From Armatimonadota bacterium (GTDB lineage Bacteria > Armatimonadota > HRBIN16): 64,000 nucleotides of DNA. This document shows positions 51,345 through 59,692 of this stretch, piece after piece (positions within the stretch are counted from its first letter, which is position 1; each line of letters begins with the position of its first letter). The stretch is from positions 3,104,001 through 3,168,000 of the forward strand of contig OY781964.1 in assembly GCA_963677485.1 (NCBI GenBank), read 5' to 3'. A program made the position numbers and the translations under genes. The notes beneath the pieces are model-generated. The model was not told the DNA's origin. It did not search any database and saw nothing but the letters and a program-made list of their open reading frames with translations.

Positions 51345-52052
51345 ATGTCAACACAGTATGACCCGTCATCCGTTCAGTCGGAGTCCGCGTTCAAGATATC
51401 GAAAGCGGCTCAAATCCTCGGTATCTGCTCCTTGATCCTGCCTATCGGGATCATTGCCCTGATCGTCAGTATCATCGCGATGACACAGGCCGACCGTGAG
51501 AACTCACCTGGCAGCAAGGGTATGGCCATCACCGGGCTGGTCACCTCCATCATCGGTTGCGTTATAAGCCCCGTATTATTTCTTGGTGCCATCATGTTTC
51601 TGCGCTTCAGCCAGGCACCTATGAAGGCCCAGCAGGCTGCTTGCCTGTCGAATATCAAGCAGATCGGTCTTGCGATGAGGCTGTATACCGATGACTACGA
51701 CGATAAGATGCCGATGACCGGTAACTGGCGAACCTCCCTTGGACAATACGTTAAAAGCGATGGTGTATTTGCCTGTATCAGTGCGAAAGCCCGCGATTAC
51801 TCATATGCCATGAACTCCGCTTTGAACGGCAGCAAGATCAGCACGTTGCGTGACCCGTCGAACACTGTGAATGTCTTCTAGTGTGACATTCCCAAAATTA
51901 ACGCCTCTGGTGGAATGGAATCGGTCTCATACCGTCACAACCAGGGGGAAAACCCTCTCGCCAACATGATTTTTGCCGATGGTCACGCTGCGGGTGAATA
52001 TGAACATGCCGTGGGGTCCAAAGACGAAAATATGCTGCGCTGGAAGCCGTAA
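51345..52052 (+). pseudogene. H-X9-DG-like paralog 2 with an in-frame amber stop
   Basis: TAG at 51879-51881; the frame continues CDIPKINASGG...RHNQ...ANMIFADGH...RWKP* to 52052. Confidence 0.85.
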
Positions 52053-52076
52053 ACGGTCTAGCAAGGCAGGGCAAGC

Positions 52077-52832
52077 ATGCAATCACCGCCAGAACATGTG
52101 CCTAAGCTGCAGGACGCGGCTCTTTTTAGCTCTAGACTGGGCATGATCATCGGCATCTGGTCGTTGATAGCGCCATGGTTCTTCATGGACAGTCCCATGC
52201 ACATGCTGGCTTCAGTCATTGGACTTGTCGTTAGCGGTGTGGCTCTTCATGATGCCAAACAGGCAAAATCAGCCAATAGCCGCAGAATGGCCATAGTGGG
52301 GCTCATCACTTCGGGCATCGGATTTGCGATTGTGGTTGCGGTTCTGGCAAGTGTTATTTCGGGGTTTCGCCGTGAGGAAGTCCAGTTTGGCTGCCTTTAC
52401 AACACAAAGCTGATCTCGATGGCAATGAGACAATACACTAGTGACTACGACGACAAAATTCCGCCCGCCGAGAAGTGGCAACCAGCTTTGTTGGCGTATC
52501 TGCCCACCAAGAAGCGCGAGGATAAAGTGAGTGAGCTCCCGTATTGTCTCAGCGCGAAAGAGAAACGATTCTCCTACGGCATGAATAACGCGATGAGTGG
52601 TATTGCCATGCATGATATCCGCACGCCCGCCAGCACAGTGTTTGTTTTTGACAGCTCCCTGCCGATACCCTCCGCATCCGGTGGGCGTGAGACTGTAGAT
52701 TTCCGTCACAACGTCGGTGTTGTAAATGTAGCCAACATTGGATTCATTGATGGTCACTCAAAAGCTGCGATAGCCACTAATGCGGATAATCCGAATTTCA
52801 CTACCATCGACCAGCTGCGCTGGAAGCCGTAA
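52077..52832 (+). CDS. Membrane-anchored H-X9-DG-like protein, paralog 3
   Basis: Same architecture as paralog 1; ANIGFIDGH...RWKP. Confidence 0.85.
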   Translation: MQSPPEHVPKLQDAALFSSRLGMIIGIWSLIAPWFFMDSPMHMLASVIGLVVSGVALHDAKQAKSANSRRMAIVGLITSGIGFAIVVAVLASVISGFRREEVQFGCLYNTKLISMAMRQYTSDYDDKIPPAEKWQPALLAYLPTKKREDKVSELPYCLSAKEKRFSYGMNNAMSGIAMHDIRTPASTVFVFDSSLPIPSASGGRETVDFRHNVGVVNVANIGFIDGHSKAAIATNADNPNFTTIDQLRWKP

Positions 52833-52865
52833 CGCCAAATGAAGGCATATCCAAGGAGGAACCTG

Positions 52866-53513
52866 ATGGAGTTTGATTTCTTGTTCAAAGACCGCGCTGA
52901 TGCCGGCAGGCAACTCGCCGGCTTGCTCCAACATTACAAGGATGAAAATCCTGTGGTGGTCGCCTTGCCAAGAGGGGGCGTGATCGTGGGACGCGAAATC
53001 GCCCGGACGCTTGGCTGCCCCCTGGACATCACCATCAGCCGAAAGCTCGGTCATCCCATGAACCCTGAGTATGCCATCGGTGCGATCTCCGAGCACAGCC
53101 AGGTCGTGGGTAACCAGCGTGAATGGGAGTCTGTGGACCAGGTGTGGCTGAAGCTGTCGATGGATGAGCAGAAGCGTGAGATCGACCGACGGCGGCAGAC
53201 CTACCTCCAGGGGAAGGAGCCTGTGGGGCTGATGGGCAAGACCGTCATCATAGTAGACGATGGCATCGCGACGGGCTCAACCATGATGGTCGCGATTCAA
53301 GAGATCAAGCTGCAGAAGCCTGAGAGGATCATCGTGGCCGTGCCCGTCGCACCGAAAGAGGAGGCAGCGGTGATTCGGAAACTGGTCGATGCCTTTGTGG
53401 CTGTGATTGTGCCAGACTACTTCCTCGGCGCCGTCGGGGCGTACTACAGAGACTTTGAGCAGACCTCGGATAGCGAAGTCATCAAGGCACTGGCGGATGC
53501 GAATGCGGGGTGA
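52866..53513 (+). CDS. Phosphoribosyltransferase-family protein
   Basis: FKDRADAG, ALPRGG, VDDGIATG and VGAYYRDFEQ motifs. Confidence 0.88.
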   Translation: MEFDFLFKDRADAGRQLAGLLQHYKDENPVVVALPRGGVIVGREIARTLGCPLDITISRKLGHPMNPEYAIGAISEHSQVVGNQREWESVDQVWLKLSMDEQKREIDRRRQTYLQGKEPVGLMGKTVIIVDDGIATGSTMMVAIQEIKLQKPERIIVAVPVAPKEEAAVIRKLVDAFVAVIVPDYFLGAVGAYYRDFEQTSDSEVIKALADANAG

Positions 53514-53613
53514 GGGCGGTAGGTCTGGATTGATGTCGTGCCTCATCGCACTTGCGGTAGGCATCTGCTGTTTCATGGGCCTTTCATTGTTGTTAGTATC
53601 TTACCAACCATAT

Positions 53614-55260
53614 TTTGAACACGGTGTATAGAATATTCTGATATTACGCACCACACAAAGCGTTAGGCACAACGATCTGGCGAATAGCAAGTGCTGCCAT
53701 GATGATACGCTTGCCAAGTGCAGTGAGGTAGTATTTGTAGCGTTTACCGCATTTTTTAACGAGCCGGAATACTCGGCATCGCTTGATGAAGTATGATATC
53801 TGAGAGCTGGACATCTGCGGTAAGGCTTTTTGAAGCATACGGTTTGTGATCCCGCTGATGCATCCCTCTCCGCGAGCAAGTGCAATGAGACATTCCAAAT
53901 CCTTCTTGAGGAAAAGGTTGAATCCTCGATACGAGCGATGATCACGGGTGGTCGAGGTCGCGATTTTGATGATCTGATGTTCACCATCGCTGTTGTCATC
54001 AAGGGCGGAAAGAAAGTCAAGATATCTGTTGTTTGCAGATAATAACAGTTCCCTCAATGGAGGAAGGCTGTAGATGGTCTTTTGCATAGGGGCGTATTTA
54101 ATCTCAGTCGTCCCATCATGATGTTCTACCTCACGGTAGTGTTTAAATTCAGAGACGTCATTCACAGTCGTCTCGATACGCAAGATTATCCCTTGCTTGT
54201 CATACATTTTGATAGAAGCCCATCCCATGTAGTGTTTGATGCGCGTGCCTTGTATGCGGCGATCGAACTTGTAGTCAGTGCCGATCTCAGCGAGTGTTCG
54301 CCCATCAAGTTTCTTACCAAGAAACATCGCGATAGACTCTGGCGTTACCGTATGTATCGCTGTTTTGACTAGATTATCGTAGATGGCTTTGAGGTCTTCG
54401 GCGCGTTTGAACACGATGTCTGTAGCATATTCCACCTGCATTAGCGACCAATGATATGAATTGTCAGCAAGCCGTATCACGGGGCAATACATTCTGGCAA
54501 ATGCATCCAGCGCATGGTGCAGCTTATCAGCAGGAAAAGCGTCTGCCAGCCTCTGAGCACAGCTAAAGTCGTCGATTTTTACAAAGGCGTTGTCCAGTGG
54601 AGTGAAAACTACTCCCTCGGATTGAAGGCAATGCGCGAGATAATTGTGTCCATTACAATAGAATTGCAGACGGAAGGGCACCCAGGTCGGAACTCGTAGA
54701 TAGCACAGTCCAAACTCTGCATCGATGAAATAGAAGTAGTAATGAAGACACTTGGTCTCCTTGATATTCAGCCGGGTTTTGTGGGTAATCTTGTCGTGCC
54801 ACGGGGTGTATGCAGGACATTTTTCCAACACTGAGAATATGTGGACGAGACCGGGGTGACACCCTCGACTACTAATGATCTCTTTGATGCGGTCTTCTTT
54901 TCGAAATGAAGAGGCACGGCGTATATACTCAATTTCAATGCTGTTGGTAACGGCAAGGCGTTCCGCATTGGCTTTGATCTCATCTCGTAGAGGTTCGGCA
55001 AATTCCTTAGGAAAGTCAAATAGCCTGATGTTGCGTTGATGAAGATAGATGCCCATTCCGTCGCTATGACACCAGCCTGGGATTGTACCGGTGATAACTA
55101 TGCGGTCGAAGCATGAATATACCCCAGCTATCTGCTTTGCATAGCGTTCTTGAAGTGATGTCATTCTGGGCAACCTCACGAAAGGGTGTTTGAATGTATA
55201 TTACGTGGCGAATGCAATCATTCCTTTTTTGGTTGCGGCTAAGCCGCCTTAGGTTCATAT
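53614..55260 (-). mobile_element. Putative insertion sequence of unrecognised family (~1.63-1.65 kb)
   Basis: Single ORF in opposite orientation, AT-richer than its flanks, splits a host gene in frame; short direct repeat (CATAT or GGT) at the junctions; subterminal hairpin. Confidence 0.85.
53644..55164 (-). CDS. Putative transposase / Rep_trans-like nuclease with C-terminal winged helix
   Basis: 506 aa from MTSLQERY (alternative GTG at 55179); QVEYATD, IKMYDK and LRIETT motifs; MarR-like wHTH at the C-terminus; fills the insertion. Confidence 0.75.
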   Translation of the reverse strand: MTSLQERYAKQIAGVYSCFDRIVITGTIPGWCHSDGMGIYLHQRNIRLFDFPKEFAEPLRDEIKANAERLAVTNSIEIEYIRRASSFRKEDRIKEIISSRGCHPGLVHIFSVLEKCPAYTPWHDKITHKTRLNIKETKCLHYYFYFIDAEFGLCYLRVPTWVPFRLQFYCNGHNYLAHCLQSEGVVFTPLDNAFVKIDDFSCAQRLADAFPADKLHHALDAFARMYCPVIRLADNSYHWSLMQVEYATDIVFKRAEDLKAIYDNLVKTAIHTVTPESIAMFLGKKLDGRTLAEIGTDYKFDRRIQGTRIKHYMGWASIKMYDKQGIILRIETTVNDVSEFKHYREVEHHDGTTEIKYAPMQKTIYSLPPLRELLLSANNRYLDFLSALDDNSDGEHQIIKIATSTTRDHRSYRGFNLFLKKDLECLIALARGEGCISGITNRMLQKALPQMSSSQISYFIKRCRVFRLVKKCGKRYKYYLTALGKRIIMAALAIRQIVVPNALCGA

Positions 55261-55793
55261 AGCGACTATGCCCGTTCGAAGGCGAAACAGGCTTACTGTC
55301 TCACCAACTTTAAGAAAATCGGCGAGGCATTGAAGATATACACCGGTGATTACGATGGGACACTGCCGTTGGCAAACAGTTGGCACCTGGCGTTATACCC
55401 CTACACTGAGCGTGAATCTCCATTCCTCTGTGTCAGGGATACCCCTTGGAACTGGAAATCCCGCGAGATAGGTTACGGCATGAACACATACCTGAATCAT
55501 GTGGCGGTGGCTCAGATAAGCCACCCCGCCAGCACGGTGTTTTTGTTCGATACTTACCTGCATAAGGTCAACCCCTGTGGTGGGCCTGAGGCTGTGGGTT
55601 ATGTTCATAAGCGAATTGGGGTTCGCAACGCCAACATTCTGTTTGTCGATGGTCATGCCGGTCCGGTCACTGACAGGAATACATTGCTTACGAAGACGAT
55701 GACGATCGATCAGGTGCTGTGGAGGCCGTAGGGGTCGGTAGTGAGGGTGTGGGACAGTAGAATGCGATGAGGGAGGCATACTCCCGTCGGCCG

Positions 55794-55907
55794 TAAACCC
55801 GCGGTACGGGGCCACCCGCCTTCGATCTGGGCCAGTGGCCATTGGCGACGGGTTCGGTGGCCCGTCCGTGACTTCGTCCCGGTACGAGCACTGTCACCCG
55901 ACGCTGA
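55794..55907 (-). repeat. Highly degenerate remnant of the ~190-bp repeat
   Basis: Retains taaacccgcgg, cgatctgggcca, cgacgggttc and tcacccgacgctga in the same order as 51030-51127. Confidence 0.55.
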
Positions 55908-55944
55908 CCGGTAATGGCCTGCGTTCCGGCAGGCGTTGGATGAC

Positions 55945-57861
55945 CTACCGCCCATATACCTCCAACTCCGACAAGTGCAGACCGGGGTTGGCGGAGTTGC
56001 TCAGCATGATCACGCGAACATAGCGTGCGTTGACCTGCGGGAAATCAACCGAATCGCCGTCGGCCGTGGAGGGGGCCGTGTCGTTCTTGAAGGCCACCTG
56101 CCTCCAGTTCACATGGTCGCGAGATACCACCACGCGGTAACGGTAATAGCGGCCATCGCCACAAAAGTAGTTGCGTACGACGATACGGTTGATCGGCTGG
56201 TCCTTCTGTAAATCCACCTCCACCCACTGCGGACCAAGGTCAGCGGCCCAGTAAGTGCTGGTCTGGCCGTCGGTCACATACTCGGGCACTGGACCTAAGC
56301 CATGGGCACCGGCTCCGTTCCCCGAAATATCCGAGGCCGACACGGGCTTGAATGCGGCCAGGTTTTGCATTCGGCCGGCGCGCACAGCAGCCGTGGCAAG
56401 ATCGCGGTGGAGTTTCTGCCGCATTTTGCTTCGCGTAGCGTAATAGGCCTGTATCTCGCTCTTCATCGGTTTGAGCTTGGCGGCGGTGAGATTCGCCGCC
56501 TGAGGCATATAGTCGTGAATGTATACCTGCGACTCGGTAGGGGTCAGGAAGTAGTCCTTACCGTTGTCGGTATTGTGCTGCGAACCAACCCAATAGGCCA
56601 AACGGGCGTTCACCCCGACCGCGGCGCGCACGATCTCGGGGCTGACCCGGCAGGTGTCGTAGCAGAGCGTGCCGATGGAATTGCCCATGTTATAGCTGGA
56701 CACGGCATACCGCAGGTAGGCGGGGTCGATCTCAGCCCAGCTCATGTTTTCACCGCGGAGCACGAAGTCCGCGTAGGTATCGACAAATGGCACGATCATC
56801 CGTTTGTTCATGAAGGGGGTTTGGGTCAGGTGGATATACAGCCGCCTGTCACCCAGCAATCTCCGGGCGGCTTTGGCGATCTGCCATGCCTGTTCTACCC
56901 CGATGGCGGTGTAGTCCCAGTACATTCCGTCCACGCCGAAGCTCATGATGTGCGCCATCTCGGCCTCAAAAGCCTTGAGGTTCCCGTGATAATAGAAGGG
57001 TGAGGTGTAGATCAGAACCTTCCAGCCCAGTTGGTGCGTTTTTTGAAGCACTTCCTTAAATCGAACAGGATCGGCAGGCTGGATGTTCACGCTGCCGAAA
57101 CTGCTCCATGCCTCCGCATGAAGCACCAGCACATTGCCGATCTTTCGCCACTTAACCAGTTCCTCATCGGTGGGATAGGGCTGATCGGACTGGCAGGTGG
57201 TTCCCGAAATCCAGTTCGGGAAGTGATGCACCAGTCGGTTCTGTGAGGCCTGCTGCCAGTCGAACGGCCGTGGTGGGAACACCGAAATCATTACATCGCT
57301 GCTGGTCAGGTAAGGATCTGTCTTGAGTTGCGAGTAATCTACCCGCCATGGCCCGCTGTCCTGCCCGGAGACCTGCATCCTGGCGCCTTTGGGACCGTAG
57401 ACCCCAGCTCCGCCTTGCTCATCGGCGAAGATCACGCTCGCTTCTGCCCGCTCACGGAACTGCGTATCGAACCCGGGCGAGGAGCTGACGACCAGCGAGG
57501 AAGCACCGCTCACCCTGAGCACCGAGTCGCCTGTGATCACCAGACTGATGCCAGAGCGGCTCGCCAATGAGCATGTGTCGCTGCCCTGGTGTGGTTGGAC
57601 CGTCCACGTGTTAGTGGCTTGGCAGGGTAGTTTGACGACCGCTACACATCGCCGCAGATTGATGGTCTGCAGGCAGCGCAGCTGGTTGCCCGAAATATGA
57701 AACTCCGCACCCTTCGTCACCACCCTGATAGTACCGGGGGTGCGATGGACAGCCACACCATTGAATGCCGTTGCGCGGTTGGTGCACTCACACTCCGCCA
57801 CCAGGCTGGTCAAGCCCAGAAGGCATATTACGCCGATAAACGTCGGGAAAAACTTCGCCAT
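55945..57861 (-). CDS. Secreted putative glycoside hydrolase with C-terminal F5/8 type C (CBM32) domain
   Basis: Signal peptide; TIM-barrel segment GWKVLIYTSP...GVDGMYWD; discoidin domain (TDGQTSTYW...WVEVDL...ARYVRV...ELEVYG). Confidence 0.75.
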   Translation of the reverse strand: MAKFFPTFIGVICLLGLTSLVAECECTNRATAFNGVAVHRTPGTIRVVTKGAEFHISGNQLRCLQTINLRRCVAVVKLPCQATNTWTVQPHQGSDTCSLASRSGISLVITGDSVLRVSGASSLVVSSSPGFDTQFRERAEASVIFADEQGGAGVYGPKGARMQVSGQDSGPWRVDYSQLKTDPYLTSSDVMISVFPPRPFDWQQASQNRLVHHFPNWISGTTCQSDQPYPTDEELVKWRKIGNVLVLHAEAWSSFGSVNIQPADPVRFKEVLQKTHQLGWKVLIYTSPFYYHGNLKAFEAEMAHIMSFGVDGMYWDYTAIGVEQAWQIAKAARRLLGDRRLYIHLTQTPFMNKRMIVPFVDTYADFVLRGENMSWAEIDPAYLRYAVSSYNMGNSIGTLCYDTCRVSPEIVRAAVGVNARLAYWVGSQHNTDNGKDYFLTPTESQVYIHDYMPQAANLTAAKLKPMKSEIQAYYATRSKMRQKLHRDLATAAVRAGRMQNLAAFKPVSASDISGNGAGAHGLGPVPEYVTDGQTSTYWAADLGPQWVEVDLQKDQPINRIVVRNYFCGDGRYYRYRVVVSRDHVNWRQVAFKNDTAPSTADGDSVDFPQVNARYVRVIMLSNSANPGLHLSELEVYGR

Positions 57862-58010
57862 ATTCACCACATCATCTGTATAGTTCACCTGTAATATATC
57901 ATCAACCCGCACGCTGTGATGAAGTGTTCGCTTGACACCAATAATCACAAAGAGTACGATATGCATATTACGTCATGACCTCCAACCAATACTAATGAGG
58001 ACTGCCAACC

Positions 58011-59408
58011 ATGCGCTTGCTGCTGGGTATCGATATGGGCACCACCAAAATCTGTGCTCTCGCTCTGAACGCCGAGTCGGGTGCCATTGTTGCCGTGGAA
58101 TCGGCTCCTAACAACACGCGGCTAACGACAGACCCTCAGGCATCCGAGCAGAACGCGCAGGCGATCTGCGACATCGCACGGAGCTGCATCGCACGCTTGA
58201 TGCATCACGAGCTGGTTGCAGGTGCTGAGATACTGGCACTCGGCGTCACAGGTCAGATGCACGGCGTGGTGATCGCAGACACCTGTGGTGTGCCCCTCAC
58301 CCCGCTCATCAACTGGCAGGACCAGCGTGGCCATCAAGTAGGCTCCAATGGAACGAACTATGTAGATGGAGTTTTAAAAATTCTAGCCGATGACCTGGCC
58401 CGCACCGGATGCAGGCCAGCTACCGGATATGGTGCGGTCACGCTGTATCGGCTGGCACAAGAAGCTCAGCTGCCCGAACATGGGGTGGCTTTGACGATAC
58501 AGGATCTGCTGGTCTGCCTGCTCACAGGAGCCGCGGCCACCGACCCATCGGATGCGGCGAGCTGGGGCATATTCAACACCCAGGATGGGACCGACTGGCT
58601 GCCAGAGATCGCACTGCGTTTAGGTCTTCCTGCCCAGTTGCTGCCCCCTGTTTATGCCACAGGCACCACCAGCTTCCCCCTTCGTGAAGGGGCCGCTTCT
58701 GCTCTTGGACTGCCCGCAGGACTACCTGTGGCGGTAGCCATCGGTGACAATCAGGCCTCCTTCCTGGGTAGTGTGCCGGATTACACCGACAGCCTGCTCA
58801 TCAACCTCGGCACCGGTGGGCAGATGTCGGTAGCCGTCAACAGCTACTCCACCCATCCGTTGCTCGAAACCCGCCCGTTGATCGCAAGCTACCGGCTGCT
58901 CGTGGGTTCCAGCCTGTGCGGAGGCCGTGCCTACCAACTGCTGGCCGAGTTCTACCGCGAGGTGGGTCTGAAACTGTTTGGCATTGACGCAGAACTCTCA
59001 GATATCTATGAAGCCATGGGTAGACTGTCGGTGCCCGCTCAAAACGAGCTTCTGTTCGATACCCGCTTCAGCGGCACGAGGCAGCAACCCGGTATGAAAG
59101 CCTCTCTGACCGGTCTGGGTGTAGGGAACTTCACCCCTGAGCACATGACCCAGGCGTTGCGCCAAGGCATGGTGAGCGAGTTGGTGGGGTATTATCAGGC
59201 CGCCAGACAGGCTGGCGCCGATCCCGTGCGTGTGGTGGGGGCCGGCAACGGCGTGCGCCGCAACGAGGCCGTGCGGACAGAGATCATCCGCCAGACGAGC
59301 TTGCCGCTTGTGCTGCCAGAGCAACAGGAGGAGGCCGCCGTCGGCGCCGCCCTCACAGCGGGGCTGACGGTGGGTGTGACGATGGAGAGACCCACCGGAT
59401 CCGTATAA
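58011..59408 (+). CDS. FGGY-family carbohydrate kinase (sedoheptulokinase-like)
   Basis: GIDMGTT, TGQMHG, WQDQR, GDNQASFLG, NLGTGGQ and SLCGG motifs. Confidence 0.88.
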   Translation: MRLLLGIDMGTTKICALALNAESGAIVAVESAPNNTRLTTDPQASEQNAQAICDIARSCIARLMHHELVAGAEILALGVTGQMHGVVIADTCGVPLTPLINWQDQRGHQVGSNGTNYVDGVLKILADDLARTGCRPATGYGAVTLYRLAQEAQLPEHGVALTIQDLLVCLLTGAAATDPSDAASWGIFNTQDGTDWLPEIALRLGLPAQLLPPVYATGTTSFPLREGAASALGLPAGLPVAVAIGDNQASFLGSVPDYTDSLLINLGTGGQMSVAVNSYSTHPLLETRPLIASYRLLVGSSLCGGRAYQLLAEFYREVGLKLFGIDAELSDIYEAMGRLSVPAQNELLFDTRFSGTRQQPGMKASLTGLGVGNFTPEHMTQALRQGMVSELVGYYQAARQAGADPVRVVGAGNGVRRNEAVRTEIIRQTSLPLVLPEQQEEAAVGAALTAGLTVGVTMERPTGSV

Positions 59409-59430
59409 GTTGCGGCTTGATTCGCCCCCC

Positions 59431-59625
59431 CTGGGAACGCCAATATCCCGATTGGCCTTCCTTCCCATCCGAACCTATCCGTGCCATCCGCGTAATCCGT
59501 GGTTCAGACAATCCGGGCATCGGACGGATAAGACAGATTGGACTGATTATGGGTGAGGGCAACCACAGGGGGTTGCCCCTAGTCTCTTCCCCCTTCGCGC
59601 CTTCGCGTCTTCGCGTCTTCGCGTG
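59431..59625. repeat. Cluster of intergenic repeats (copy of 4823-4911, a REP palindrome and a cttcgcg octamer run)
   Basis: gggaacgccaat...ggttcagac; gggcaaccacagggggttgcccc; cttcgcgccttcgcgtcttcgcgtcttcgcgtg. Confidence 0.7.
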
Positions 59626-59692
59626 ACTCCTCCGCTCTTCGCTCCTCCCGTTGCATCCGCTTCATCGCAAAGGGTAGAATCTTAGGTGAACA

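Larger units (their letters stand above)
53497..55731 (+). pseudogene. H-X9-DG-like paralog 4 interrupted by an insertion element
   Basis: 5' part (TM...SYQPY) and 3' part (SDYARSKAKQAYCLTNFKKIG...ANILFVDGH...WRP) are in the same frame and rejoin when the insert is removed. Confidence 0.85.

Noticed and set aside
51879-51881. Pyrrolysine or amber recoding
   Set aside because: TAG is an ordinary stop in many genes here (prfA, radA, phoA), no pyl genes are present, and the position is Asp in the paralogs.
53644-55164. Ordinary MarR-family regulator
   Set aside because: The wHTH covers only the last ~80 aa of a 506-aa protein that lies in a discrete gene-disrupting insertion.
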